From contig JAKAPM010000001.1 of assembly GCA_021807085.1 (NCBI GenBank), positions 13,226 through 77,225 on the forward strand: DNA of 64,000 bases, given 5' to 3'. Below the pieces are notes generated by a model. It saw only the letters and a list, made by a program, of their open reading frames with translations. It was not told the origin of the DNA and did not search any database. A program made the translations under genes and the position numbers. Below, piece by piece: positions 47,158 to 57,267 of this stretch; positions within the stretch are counted from its first letter, which is position 1; every line of letters begins with the position of its first letter. The DNA comes from Nanobdellota archaeon. Its GTDB lineage: Archaea; Nanobdellota; Nanobdellia; Parvarchaeales; Parvarchaeaceae.

Positions 47158-48933
47158 TCAATCTTTGAGCTTTTTGACGTGCAGGCTGTAGTCTTCCTCC
47201 AGCCTCTTTTCGCTGAGAGGGGTCGGAGAAGAATCTATAGGAGATTCTAACGTGCGGGTCTTCGGGAACAGTATAAAATCCCGTATACTGTCCTTTCCAG
47301 CCAAAACTGCAAGGAACCTGTCGAGCCCCACAGCAAATCCTGCGTCTGTTGGGGCGCCGAACTTAAGACTGTCTATCAAAAAGCCGAATGTACTCTCAGA
47401 TTCCCTCTTTCCCATGCCTATTAGTTTCAGGACCTTCAGCTGGAGGTCGGCATCGTTTATCCTAACGGCTCCGCCGCCAACTTCGTTGCCATTCAGGACC
47501 AAATCAAACTGTCTACCGCGAACGCTCGGCGGGTCGCTGTCGAGTAGAGGGATATCTTCTTCAAATGGCGCAGTGAAAGGGTTGTGGGATGGTATAAGCT
47601 TTTTGGATACTGGGTCCTTCTCGAAAAGATCAAACTCGTCAATCCATACGAATGAGAACTTTTTCTTGAACTTTCCTATCCTGTCCCCCATCATCTTCCT
47701 AACGCGTCCCAACACAGTAAGCAGGAGTTTGACGTCGGTGTCAGCTGAGAAAACTATCACATCCCCGTTTGATGCACCCAAAGAGTTTAACAAGTCATCG
47801 CTAACCGTTTTCAGGGATTCTGCTATAGCTTGAGGCACAGAGTCGAGGCTGCCGTCTTTCACATAAACCCAAGTCAGTCCCTTAAGTCCGAGTCTCCTGG
47901 CCTCGTCCACCAATCCTAGCATGAAGTTCTTGTCGACTTTATCCGGATAATCGGCTTTGAAGCAGATAGCCTTTACCGCACCTCCAGAGGAGAGGACTCT
48001 TCCGACTATCTTGTAATCCGATCTCGACAGTATTTCTGAAACGTCGGTTATTTTGTACTCGTACCTAAGATCTGGCTTGTCGCTGCCGTACACGGACATG
48101 GCGTCCTTATATTTTATGTGGTCGAAGGTTATTTTGTCTTCGAGCGGCAGGACATCTGCGAACACGCTCCTTACCGCACGCTCTATCAGGTCCTGTACAT
48201 ATTTCTCATCCTTGAAAGAAACCTCCAAGTCGACTTGTGTGAATTCTGGCTGCCTGTCCTCGCGTTGGTCCTCATCCCTAAATGCTCTTGCTATCTGAAA
48301 GTATTTTTCCAAGCCCCCTACCATGCACAGCTGCTTGTATATTTGCGGGGATTGAGGCAGCGAGAAGAAAGCGCCCTTCTTCGTCCTCGACGGCACTATG
48401 AAAGGCCTCGCGCCTGTCTCGTATGTGTCCTTCACCAATGTCGGAGTCTCGAGTTCCAAGAAGCCTTCATCCCAAAAGAATCTTCTGAAGGATTTTGTCA
48501 CGCCGTCCCTTAATTCTATGTTCTTGACCATCTCCGGCCGTCTTAGATCAAGATACCTGTATTTGAGTCTTAGCTCCTCGTTGGCCAGGAACTTTGACTT
48601 CTCTGGGATTATTTCGAATGGGGGCGTCACCGACTTGCTTATCAGTTTGAGTGATTTAACGTGGACCTCAAATTCTCCTGTAGGATTGGAAGGATCTACC
48701 GTGTCTTTGCCCCTTCTTTTCACAACCCCCTCTACGCGCACCACATCCTCCCTGCCAAGCGCAGAAGCTCCATGCACTAGCGACCCTTCGAAAACAAGTT
48801 GGGTTGTGCCGTGCCTGTCCGCCAGACCAACGAATTTCTTGCCGCCGTGGTCGCGTATGTACCTGCACCAGCCGTAGAGCACCACTTCCGTACCGAGCTG
48901 CCCTGAAGATACGCCTCCGCAGTTAATTTCCAT
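47158..48933 (-). CDS. aspS: Aspartyl-tRNA synthetase, bacterial type (with GAD insertion domain), probably non-discriminating
   Basis: 591 aa; FRDEDQREDRQPEFTQVD motif 2, GGLEKYFQIARAFRDE; adjacent to gatCAB. Confidence 0.85.
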   Translation of the reverse strand: MEINCGGVSSGQLGTEVVLYGWCRYIRDHGGKKFVGLADRHGTTQLVFEGSLVHGASALGREDVVRVEGVVKRRGKDTVDPSNPTGEFEVHVKSLKLISKSVTPPFEIIPEKSKFLANEELRLKYRYLDLRRPEMVKNIELRDGVTKSFRRFFWDEGFLELETPTLVKDTYETGARPFIVPSRTKKGAFFSLPQSPQIYKQLCMVGGLEKYFQIARAFRDEDQREDRQPEFTQVDLEVSFKDEKYVQDLIERAVRSVFADVLPLEDKITFDHIKYKDAMSVYGSDKPDLRYEYKITDVSEILSRSDYKIVGRVLSSGGAVKAICFKADYPDKVDKNFMLGLVDEARRLGLKGLTWVYVKDGSLDSVPQAIAESLKTVSDDLLNSLGASNGDVIVFSADTDVKLLLTVLGRVRKMMGDRIGKFKKKFSFVWIDEFDLFEKDPVSKKLIPSHNPFTAPFEEDIPLLDSDPPSVRGRQFDLVLNGNEVGGGAVRINDADLQLKVLKLIGMGKRESESTFGFLIDSLKFGAPTDAGFAVGLDRFLAVLAGKDSIRDFILFPKTRTLESPIDSSPTPLSEKRLEEDYSLHVKKLKD

Positions 48934-48957
48934 AGATACAATTAAAGAGCTGCAAAT

Positions 48958-50229
48958 TTAAACCTGATTATCTGAAAGTATGGAGTCCACTATCCCAACG
49001 ATATCGTTGTATGATACGTTGTGCTTTTTCTTAACTTTTCCTATTATGAAATTGACTGTATTCTTGTTCTCCTTGTATCGTTTCGATAGACTTGGATCAC
49101 TTCGCAATAACTCAGCTACCTCGCGCCGCACTTCGTCCATGTTTACCGGCTCTGGTTCATCAAACTCTCCGCGTACCCACCTTTCCAACTGTTCTCTGGA
49201 AAGGTTGTTTATGTCCGAGTTAAGGAGCCTGCGAATTACTTCCTTGGTAGGCTTACTTCTTAGCTTTTGCATCAAGTTAACCACCTTCTCTATGGCCGCC
49301 CCATCATCTACATATGCGAGCATGTCCATGTTGTCCCTATTCAAGTAAATCGCTTCTCTGAGTTTCTCCTCGTCGTAGCCGTATTTCTTGGAGTATTTCT
49401 CGGCGACAAGCCGCGGTATGACGGGCTTCTTAACTTCTATCCATTTTGTATCGTAGAAAGTAAGGTCTGTATCGAATATGAACCCGTATTCTTCCTCCGT
49501 TTCCTTTTCCCTCGAGGATACAGTCACGCCAGACTTTTCGTCAAAAGCTCTGGTCTCCCGCTTAACCGGCTGGTTCTCCTCGAGGAGTGACCCTTGCCTT
49601 AGTATTTCGTACCTTGCCGCCTTTAGGAGGCTGTCGACACCGGTTATGTTTTTTACTTCAACCCTCTCTTCGGCTAGCGAGATATTTAGGTCGGTTTTTA
49701 TCTCTCGGTCTATATCAATCCCTTGGTAATAGAGTATGCTCCTCAATTCAACCAAAAATTCCTTGAGCTCTGATTCACTGCATATGTCTGGTTCCGTGAC
49801 TATTTCATTCAGCGGTATACCTGATCTGTTGAAATCTAGCAGCGTGTAGTTTTCGCCCCGCACCACCTTAGCAGGATCCTCCTCTATCTGGACCCGTCTT
49901 ATGCGCACTTCCTTTCCGCTTATAGCCACGCTACCCCCATTACCTATGGCACCTTCCGTCTGCGTTATCTGGTACCCTTTCGGCAAATCTGGGTAGAAGT
50001 ACACTTTCCTGACAAAACTTGTCCTTTCTATTACTCTGCAATGAAGCGCGGTCGCTATGTTAGCTGACAGAATGAGGGTTTCCTTGTTTAGTACCGGCTT
50101 AGAGCCTGGAAAACCCATACATACCGGACATATGTTTGTGTTGGGCTCGTCGCTGTATGAAGTACTATCACTGCAGAACAGTTTGGTCTTTGTAGGCAGA
50201 GCAACGTGAACTTCCAGTCCTATTTTCAT
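48958..50229 (-). CDS. gatB: Asp/Glu-tRNA amidotransferase subunit B
   Basis: N-terminal MKIGLEVHVALPTKTKLFC, start trimmed to that Met. Confidence 0.8.
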   Translation of the reverse strand: MKIGLEVHVALPTKTKLFCSDSTSYSDEPNTNICPVCMGFPGSKPVLNKETLILSANIATALHCRVIERTSFVRKVYFYPDLPKGYQITQTEGAIGNGGSVAISGKEVRIRRVQIEEDPAKVVRGENYTLLDFNRSGIPLNEIVTEPDICSESELKEFLVELRSILYYQGIDIDREIKTDLNISLAEERVEVKNITGVDSLLKAARYEILRQGSLLEENQPVKRETRAFDEKSGVTVSSREKETEEEYGFIFDTDLTFYDTKWIEVKKPVIPRLVAEKYSKKYGYDEEKLREAIYLNRDNMDMLAYVDDGAAIEKVVNLMQKLRSKPTKEVIRRLLNSDINNLSREQLERWVRGEFDEPEPVNMDEVRREVAELLRSDPSLSKRYKENKNTVNFIIGKVKKKHNVSYNDIVGIVDSILSDNQV

Positions 50230-50230
50230 A

Positions 50231-51547
50231 TTATCCCATACTATACTTGAATTTGTATTTGAATGATTTCTCCCATTCATCAACGAACGACATCACAGAA
50301 TAATCATCGAAATGGTCCCCAACTATTTGCGCACCTATTGGCATGTCTTCAGGATAAGCGTATGGGAAGGACATGTGTGGCAGTCCTGCCAGGTTCGGCA
50401 ACACAGTTAGTACGTCCATGGCGTAAATTTTTGCGGGAGATAGGCGTTCTATCTCATCAATCCTAGGAGTTTTTATCGGCATGGTCGGGGAAAGCAGGTA
50501 GCCCGACTTAAGGGCAACCTTCAGCTTTTTTATCAGGTTGGCACGTATTCTCAGGGCCTTTTCGTAATAACGGCTCTTTACGCTCGCGCTCCTTATGAAC
50601 GTACCGAGTATTATCCTGCGCTTTGCTTCTGCCCCGAAAGAAGCTCTGGCACGCTTGAAAAAGGTGTTGTAATCTGTTCCGTAGTCGACTGCACCTTTCC
50701 CGTATTTGAACCCTTGATATTTCGCAAGATTTGTAGAGGCCTCGGCCATAGATATTATATAATAAACTGGCACGGCATATTCTATCCCCTCTATTTTTGT
50801 GTGATTCACCTTGAAGCCAGCATTCATGAGTTTACCGAGCAGATCCTGGAAATGTTCTTTTACCTCTCCGTCGACCAGGTCAAGCAGATTGTCGACTACC
50901 GTAACTGCTCTCTTTGGTTCGTCCTTAACTTCGCGGTCCGTTGACGTGGTGTCTCTTTCGTCTCCGCCTCTGATAATCCCAAATACTTCCCTTATATCTC
51001 GAGATGTCCTGGACATAACCCCTATTTTGTCGAGAGAATTGGCATAGTCTATAAGCCCGAATCTTGACACCGTGCCATATGTAGGTGTGAACCCAACGAC
51101 TCCGCAAAACGCGGCTGGCGCGGATATCGAACCGCCGGTAGATTCGGCTATAGAGATGTGGTCCTTTATAGAAGCTGTGGCTATTGCACTTCCTGCGCTC
51201 GACCCCCCAGCACAGTATTCCGGATTGAATGGATTTTTGGTCTGTTTCTCGGTATTCAAACCGAAACTGCCGAAACCGAATTCGTCCATGTTAGTCTTTC
51301 CGAGCACGCTGAAACCTTTATTTTTGAGTTTCTCGACGACAGTAGCATCGAACGGGGGGATATACCCCCTCAGCACTCGCGAGGACGCTGTGCATTCCAA
51401 CCCACTCACGCAGATGTTATCTTTAACGGATATGGGCCTGCCACCACTCAAATTCTCGTTTATGGCGTTAAACGCATTGAACTTCTCGTCCACATTCTTG
51501 GCAACGGAAACCAGCTTCTTGTAATCCATTACGGTATGAGCGTTCAT
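50231..51547 (-). CDS. gatA: Asp/Glu-tRNA amidotransferase subunit A (amidase)
   Basis: amidase signature GGSSAGSAIA. Confidence 0.9.
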   Translation of the reverse strand: MNAHTVMDYKKLVSVAKNVDEKFNAFNAINENLSGGRPISVKDNICVSGLECTASSRVLRGYIPPFDATVVEKLKNKGFSVLGKTNMDEFGFGSFGLNTEKQTKNPFNPEYCAGGSSAGSAIATASIKDHISIAESTGGSISAPAAFCGVVGFTPTYGTVSRFGLIDYANSLDKIGVMSRTSRDIREVFGIIRGGDERDTTSTDREVKDEPKRAVTVVDNLLDLVDGEVKEHFQDLLGKLMNAGFKVNHTKIEGIEYAVPVYYIISMAEASTNLAKYQGFKYGKGAVDYGTDYNTFFKRARASFGAEAKRRIILGTFIRSASVKSRYYEKALRIRANLIKKLKVALKSGYLLSPTMPIKTPRIDEIERLSPAKIYAMDVLTVLPNLAGLPHMSFPYAYPEDMPIGAQIVGDHFDDYSVMSFVDEWEKSFKYKFKYSMG

Positions 51548-51810
51548 ATCTTTGGACCTACCACGTAGAAACGGTACGTGCTCGTATTCTCCAGCAATTT
51601 GTCAACATTGTCAAAAGTTTTCGGTATGTCTTCTCTTAGTTTTTGTGGAATCCCCACTGGGTGAAAGGCTGGTTCGTCTGCCACATTGCACTTGTCGATT
51701 TTATCAAATACTTCCAGTATTTCGTTCAAATCCGAGAGTATCTTCTCGCTGTCGTCTTCTAGCGGAAGCCTGCACGCCTCAACGATCTTTTCAAAAGATA
51801 CCCTGTCCAT
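51544..51810 (-). CDS. gatC: Asp/Glu-tRNA amidotransferase subunit C
   Basis: about 88 aa from MDRVSFEKIV, ATGA overlap with gatA. Confidence 0.55.
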   Translation of the reverse strand: MDRVSFEKIVEACRLPLEDDSEKILSDLNEILEVFDKIDKCNVADEPAFHPVGIPQKLREDIPKTFDNVDKLLENTSTYRFYVVGPKI

Positions 51811-51840
51811 ATTTATATTATTCCTAACGTATATGAATAT

Positions 51841-52158
51841 ATGAACATAATAGTAATAAAAATCCACCTTGAACTGCCAGACCTTGACAAGGAGGACCTG
51901 TGGAAAAAGACAATATATACTTGGGCCGACGAACGCTTCGAGAGCGGGTACACGGTCTATGAAACTGAAGGTGCGTGGAACGGGGCAAAAGGAAGAGGAT
52001 TTACAATAGAAAGATACGACCAGAATTTAAAGCTTACCGAGGACCGTGGATTCATAAAATCATTGAAAGAATTGGGGAAAAAATTGAAGCAGGAGGAGAT
52101 ACTGCTGACAACATACACGGCCGAGTCTGAGAGCGTAAAGATGAACTATGAAGACTAG
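51841..52158 (+). CDS. Hypothetical protein
   Basis: 105 aa ORF. Confidence 0.35.
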   Translation: MNIIVIKIHLELPDLDKEDLWKKTIYTWADERFESGYTVYETEGAWNGAKGRGFTIERYDQNLKLTEDRGFIKSLKELGKKLKQEEILLTTYTAESESVKMNYED

Positions 52159-53140
52159 ACACGCCGGGCGGAAAGACAAAAAGAAGGTGGACAAGGTAAG
52201 GCTAGTACTATTTGCGATTGCGGGAGTGGTAATAGCCTATTTTGTTCTGACTTATAACATAGGTGCGGCGATAAACGAGATAATGCACATCAAGCTCGTT
52301 TTCCTACTCATGATACTGGGCGCATGGACGCTTTTCTCGGTGACGAAATTCCTGCCGTGGTTTTATGTAATGCACAGACTGCAGATAAAGATACCGCTGA
52401 GAGACAGCCTGCCGATATCGCTTATATTCTTCGGACTGGAAATGGTGCCATCCGGCGTTGCGCAGTTTCTGCCGCTGAGGGAGCTCGACAAATTCAAGAA
52501 GAACGGAAGGAGGTTGTCTTTCAGCATAATACTCTCTCTGAACATGACAGGAGCATTGACACTTATAGCTATAACACTGATAACCTCTATACTCGTTTCA
52601 AGATTTGTAGTTTACTTGATAGCAATATTCGTCGTAGCTTATCTTATCGCTTCACTGCTGAGGTTCGATATTTTCCACAGGTTCATAGAATGGGTTGCGC
52701 ATAGTCTCAAAGTAGACAAAAGAACCATCGGCAAATACATCCATCCATATCTCAAGAAGCTTCGTGATAACAGAAATCTGATGTCACAGAAAAACATAGT
52801 CACCGAGATGTTTCTTTTCGTGCCGACAATACTATCCGAAGCCTTGATACTGTACTTCATACTTTTGGCGTTCAGTCAGACAATCTCGTTCATAACGACT
52901 GTATTTATATTTTCGTTTTCGTTCGCAGTCGCAACGATGTCCTTTGTTTTTGTGGCTGGGTTCGGGCCTGCTGACTTATCAATGATCACATTGATGCTTG
53001 CTTTCGGTGTACCGGGAGTAATAGCAATATCGTCGCTGCTGCTCTTCAGATTCTTCAACACCATGCTATACATCATGACAGCGTACGTCTACTTCTACAT
53101 ATACAAGTTTTTCAGCAGGAACAGAAAAGTTATAACCTAA
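52148..53140 (+). CDS. Polytopic membrane protein, flippase-like (lysylphosphatidylglycerol-synthase TM-region / UPF0104-like)
   Basis: about 8 TM helices, family often paired with GT2 genes. Confidence 0.4.
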   Translation: MKTRHAGRKDKKKVDKVRLVLFAIAGVVIAYFVLTYNIGAAINEIMHIKLVFLLMILGAWTLFSVTKFLPWFYVMHRLQIKIPLRDSLPISLIFFGLEMVPSGVAQFLPLRELDKFKKNGRRLSFSIILSLNMTGALTLIAITLITSILVSRFVVYLIAIFVVAYLIASLLRFDIFHRFIEWVAHSLKVDKRTIGKYIHPYLKKLRDNRNLMSQKNIVTEMFLFVPTILSEALILYFILLAFSQTISFITTVFIFSFSFAVATMSFVFVAGFGPADLSMITLMLAFGVPGVIAISSLLLFRFFNTMLYIMTAYVYFYIYKFFSRNRKVIT

Positions 53141-53836
53141 TCAGCCGCTTATGTGTGGGTAATTTCTTACTGGCCTGCCTAGTATGAAAAACCTCAACAG
53201 ATTGTAGACCGAAAACAAAAAGAATCTTAAAACGCCCCACTCAATCACTCTTCGCGCACTGGGCATAACACGTAATCTCTTAGAGAACACCGTTCTTCCG
53301 AACTTTCCCGCCCTCCTCGAGAAATCCAGATCTTCTGAGGTTATGAGTGATTCATTGAAACCGTTTATCCTCGAAAAAACCGACTTTCTGACAGCTATAT
53401 TCGAGCCTATGAACAAAGGAACCTTGATTAAGACAGATATCCTGGAAGACAGCGAGGAAAGCCAAAACACTAATTTTATGGATATATTTACTCTTTCGAG
53501 AGGCTCTATAGGCCCAGATGCCATCGATATGCTAGCGTCCTTGAAAATTCTCTCCAGTTCATCGAGGGTGCCTTTCTTTACAACAGTGTCGCCATCTACA
53601 AAGTACAGTATCTCCCCCCTTGCTATATTCGCACCTATATTTCTTGCGTTAGAAACTCCCCTTTTCTTCTGCTTAATTATCGGTGCATATTTTTTGGCTA
53701 TGCGGACGGTATTGTCAGTGCTGCCACCATCGACCACGATAATTTCAAGATTGTTTATCTTCTGGTTTTTTATAGAAGAGAGTACCCTGCCTATGTATTT
53801 ACCATCATTATACGCGGGAATTACAACGCTTATCAT
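53141..53836 (-). CDS. Glycosyltransferase family 2
   Basis: ISVVIPAYNDGKYIGRVL...VVDGGSTDNT. Confidence 0.75.
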   Translation of the reverse strand: MISVVIPAYNDGKYIGRVLSSIKNQKINNLEIIVVDGGSTDNTVRIAKKYAPIIKQKKRGVSNARNIGANIARGEILYFVDGDTVVKKGTLDELERIFKDASISMASGPIEPLERVNISIKLVFWLSSLSSRISVLIKVPLFIGSNIAVRKSVFSRINGFNESLITSEDLDFSRRAGKFGRTVFSKRLRVMPSARRVIEWGVLRFFLFSVYNLLRFFILGRPVRNYPHISG

Positions 53837-53973
53837 GACTAACGTACAGGTCGTATGGCTTTTATTTTCTTTGAACCGGCATACTTTTCCATATTCATTG
53901 TCGGTACTATCACGGAAATAAGCGGTCTGTTTTTTCTCATAACATTATATATTATGACTAAATAAATAATTAA

Positions 53974-55089
53974 ATGTTGATAGGAACCGCTACTTCAGCG
54001 CATCAGGTTGACGGGAATAACAAGAGCAGTGATTGGTGGCACTTTGAGCAGACTGGTAGACTCAAACACAAGTCCGGCGCGAGTGCGATGCAGTACAAGC
54101 TGTACAAGGAGGATATAAGACTGATGAAAAGACTCGGTTTCAACGCATACCGCTTCTCTATAGAATTCGCCAGGATAATGCCGTCCAGGAATAAAATCGA
54201 CAAGAGGGCAATAGAACATTACAAAGATGTGTTTAGGACGCTTAAGAAAAATGACATAGAGCCTATACCTACGCTGTGGCACTACACTCTTCCAATGTGG
54301 TTCTACAAACTCGGTGGTTTTGAGAATAGGGAAAACTTCGCGTTCTTCATAGATTACGTCGATGCCCTGCTAAAGGAGGGAGTTCTGGATGCGAGATACG
54401 TTTTGACAATAAACGAGCCTGTCATTTATGCATCTAAAGCTTTCGCAGCTGGCACATACCCGCCTTTCAATAGATCAATAATCCGCTTCAACAAGATTTT
54501 GAACAACGTGCTATCTCTACATAACGAAGTTTACGATGTACTCAAAGCGTACAATTACCAAATATCATTCACAAACAATATATTCTATTTCAAGAGCGAC
54601 GCGGCTCTTTATCCAGTGGTCCTGCTATTGGATTACATATTCAACCAAAAACCTTTTTTGAGGACGAGATTTGATTTCGTTGGAATAAACTATTACAAGA
54701 CGATCGATGCCATAAAATTCATCGCGTCCAGGCTTTTCCCAAGCAGAAAGAAGATATGGTTTGTTGGCCCGCAGAATCTAGAAAAAATTATTGAAAGAGA
54801 GTATCGTCTGTTCCACAAACCAGTGATGATAACAGAGAATGGTGTGGATACACTTGACGAGAGGTTCAGGAGCAAATTCATAGCTGAACATTTCGATGCC
54901 GTAATAAAAGCCAAGCGCAAGGGCGTGCCGGTGATAGGATACCTGCACTGGTCGTTCATAGACAACTTTGAATGGAACTACGGCTACAATAGAAACTACG
55001 GAATACTTGGTTTTGATCACAAGACTGAAAGACGTGTTATAAAATCCAGCGCGCTAACTCTCAGCGAAATAGCAAAAAGATATTCTTAG
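53974..55089 (+). CDS. Glycoside hydrolase family 1 (short, 371 aa)
   Basis: NEP (LTINEPV) and ITENG motifs. Confidence 0.7.
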   Translation: MLIGTATSAHQVDGNNKSSDWWHFEQTGRLKHKSGASAMQYKLYKEDIRLMKRLGFNAYRFSIEFARIMPSRNKIDKRAIEHYKDVFRTLKKNDIEPIPTLWHYTLPMWFYKLGGFENRENFAFFIDYVDALLKEGVLDARYVLTINEPVIYASKAFAAGTYPPFNRSIIRFNKILNNVLSLHNEVYDVLKAYNYQISFTNNIFYFKSDAALYPVVLLLDYIFNQKPFLRTRFDFVGINYYKTIDAIKFIASRLFPSRKKIWFVGPQNLEKIIEREYRLFHKPVMITENGVDTLDERFRSKFIAEHFDAVIKAKRKGVPVIGYLHWSFIDNFEWNYGYNRNYGILGFDHKTERRVIKSSALTLSEIAKRYS

Positions 55090-55815
55090 TCACCTCACTA
55101 GTTTCATCCCTTTTTTTACCCGCTTGAACAAAAATGAAGAGATGTCGCTTTTGTAGTACTGAAGCGCAGGTTTCAAGAGCCCTTCCTTTTCCTGTCTTCT
55201 GAAAGAGACAAGTGCGTAGTCTTTTATAATAACGAATTTTCCATACTTGCTCAATCTGTGATAATAATCTCTGTCTTCACTTACTAGCAATCTCTCGTTG
55301 AAAAAGCCTGCCTTGGCAACCGCGTTTGCAGCACAGAATACACAGCCGGTAGCCACAGGCATTTTCGTCCTGAAAGACAACACTTTATTGAGCCAAACTA
55401 ATTTAGCGACGAATTCGAACAAACCTACCTTTCCCTCACTGACATCGTCTTTGTTGAGTTTTTGAACTGGTTCTATACCGACTACTTTGCCTTTGGTTTC
55501 TGAGAAAACCGCGTCGACTGCGCTCAAAACTGTACGCGATAGCACCATATCGGCGTCTATGAAGGCGATTATCTTGCCCCTCGCCGCCTTTATTCCTGTG
55601 TTTTTTGCCTTGGCTATATTTCCTTTTTTTGAGTAGAGAATACGGGTACCGTACTTTCTGGCAATCGTAACGGTCTTGTCCCTAGAATAGGAATCAATGA
55701 CTATTATTTCATAGTCCCCACATGTCTGGAGTTTCAAAGACTCTAGCAATCTTCCCAAATACTTCTCTTCGTCGAGTGCAGGTATTACTATGGAGAACCT
55801 AGGGTTTTTTGACAT
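55090..55815 (-). CDS. Glycosyltransferase family 2
   Basis: FSIVIPALDEEKYLGRLL...IVIDSYSRDKT. Confidence 0.75.
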   Translation of the reverse strand: MSKNPRFSIVIPALDEEKYLGRLLESLKLQTCGDYEIIVIDSYSRDKTVTIARKYGTRILYSKKGNIAKAKNTGIKAARGKIIAFIDADMVLSRTVLSAVDAVFSETKGKVVGIEPVQKLNKDDVSEGKVGLFEFVAKLVWLNKVLSFRTKMPVATGCVFCAANAVAKAGFFNERLLVSEDRDYYHRLSKYGKFVIIKDYALVSFRRQEKEGLLKPALQYYKSDISSFLFKRVKKGMKLVR

Positions 55816-56551
55816 GCTTTCCTCTTCTTATAGATTTAAATCTGAACTTAAATCTTTTTGTGAAGATGGCAGAAACAGAAGCTAAAAAGTATAGGAATCC
55901 CGTCTTCACCGTCCCGTCCTTTGCGTGTCTTCTGTACGACATCCTGACTGTTTGGTTTAGGATTTTGAATTTTCCATATTTCTTGAGTCTTGAGAAAAAC
56001 TCTTTGTCTTCTGCCACGTCTATATTCTTATTGAAGGGGCCAACCCTGTCGACCGTGTCTTTCCTGCAGAAATCGCAGCCGTAAGCCGCTGGGAGAGGTG
56101 TGAAAAAACTAATCCATTTGTATCCAGATATGAAGAAGTTCAGGGTTTTGAATTTTATCCTGTCCTTCCTCTTAAGATCTTTCAGACTTGTCTTGTTACG
56201 GGGTTCTATGCACACTATGCGGCTGTCCTTGTCGTCTAGGAAAGTCTCCACTACTTTCGCAAATACGTCTTTTGTCAGGATGTAGTCTGCGTCTATGAAG
56301 GCGAGGATTTCTCCTTTTGCTGCACTTATGCCCGCATTCCTGGCTGCTGATATGTTTGTCTTCGGCACGCTTATTATTCTTGCCTTGTGCCCTTCAAGTA
56401 TCTCCTTCGTCCTGTCGGCTGAGAAGGAGTCTATCGCTATTATCTCATAGTTCTGGTAGGTCTGTTGCTCTATCGAAGACAGCAGACTGCCAACGTAATG
56501 CTCCTCGTTGTACGTGGGGAGCACAACCGATATGAGTGGTTTTTCATCCAT
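55799..56551 (-). CDS. Glycosyltransferase family 2
   Basis: ISVVLPTYNEEHYVGSLL...IAIDSFSADRT. Confidence 0.75.
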   Translation of the reverse strand: MDEKPLISVVLPTYNEEHYVGSLLSSIEQQTYQNYEIIAIDSFSADRTKEILEGHKARIISVPKTNISAARNAGISAAKGEILAFIDADYILTKDVFAKVVETFLDDKDSRIVCIEPRNKTSLKDLKRKDRIKFKTLNFFISGYKWISFFTPLPAAYGCDFCRKDTVDRVGPFNKNIDVAEDKEFFSRLKKYGKFKILNQTVRMSYRRHAKDGTVKTGFLYFLASVSAIFTKRFKFRFKSIRRGKHVKKP

Positions 56552-56624
56552 ATGGTATGGTTTTAATTTTATAATGAGGAAAGTAGTGGTATATAAACGT
56601 ACGTCTTTAGCTTATGACTTGGTG

Positions 56625-57218
56625 CTACTTCCTCAATTCCAACAGGAACGATAGTTCTGAATCTTCTATGTCCCTTATGTTCTTCGAGTTCATCAGCCCG
56701 GAGTTGAGACTGCCGATTGCCCTATCGAGCTTGCTGCAATCCGCGTGCGAATCTGCGTACTTGTTGACGGCGCCGTACAACGAGTCGTAAAAAATCTTAA
56801 AGGTTAGCGCAGTGAGGTTTAGCATCTGCCCCGCCATCCCTCTCAAAAAGGACCTAGAGACTCTGTTGTCCGCAAAACCTATCGAGCGGTAAGGCTCTTC
56901 TATATAGGCGTCGTCAATCAAGTTGTTCAATATTACGAGATGATACCACATCTTTTCGTAACTTCTGGCGTAGTTCTTAGACAAGTCTCCTATGTACGCG
57001 TCTATTTGTGCGAGTAGTTCCTTTACGTTCAAAGAATCGGATAGATTCATCCCTGTGAGGGCGGGAAGTTTACCCTCAGTTTCGGAGGTTACGCCCTCCA
57101 GCCTCTTTATATGATAGTAGTAAGGTTCGTTTACGTTCATCAGGGCGCGTTTCAGGCTGCGCTCTATAGTAACAAGCCGAGTCTGTAGATTTTGTTCATC
57201 CATACGCCCACCGTACAA
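56625..57218 (-). CDS. Hypothetical protein
   Basis: 197 aa ORF. Confidence 0.4.
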   Translation of the reverse strand: MYGGRMDEQNLQTRLVTIERSLKRALMNVNEPYYYHIKRLEGVTSETEGKLPALTGMNLSDSLNVKELLAQIDAYIGDLSKNYARSYEKMWYHLVILNNLIDDAYIEEPYRSIGFADNRVSRSFLRGMAGQMLNLTALTFKIFYDSLYGAVNKYADSHADCSKLDRAIGSLNSGLMNSKNIRDIEDSELSFLLELRK

Positions 57219-57267
57219 CTAATCACAGGGAGGGCAAAGATATAAACGTTTAGAACGAAATATTATC

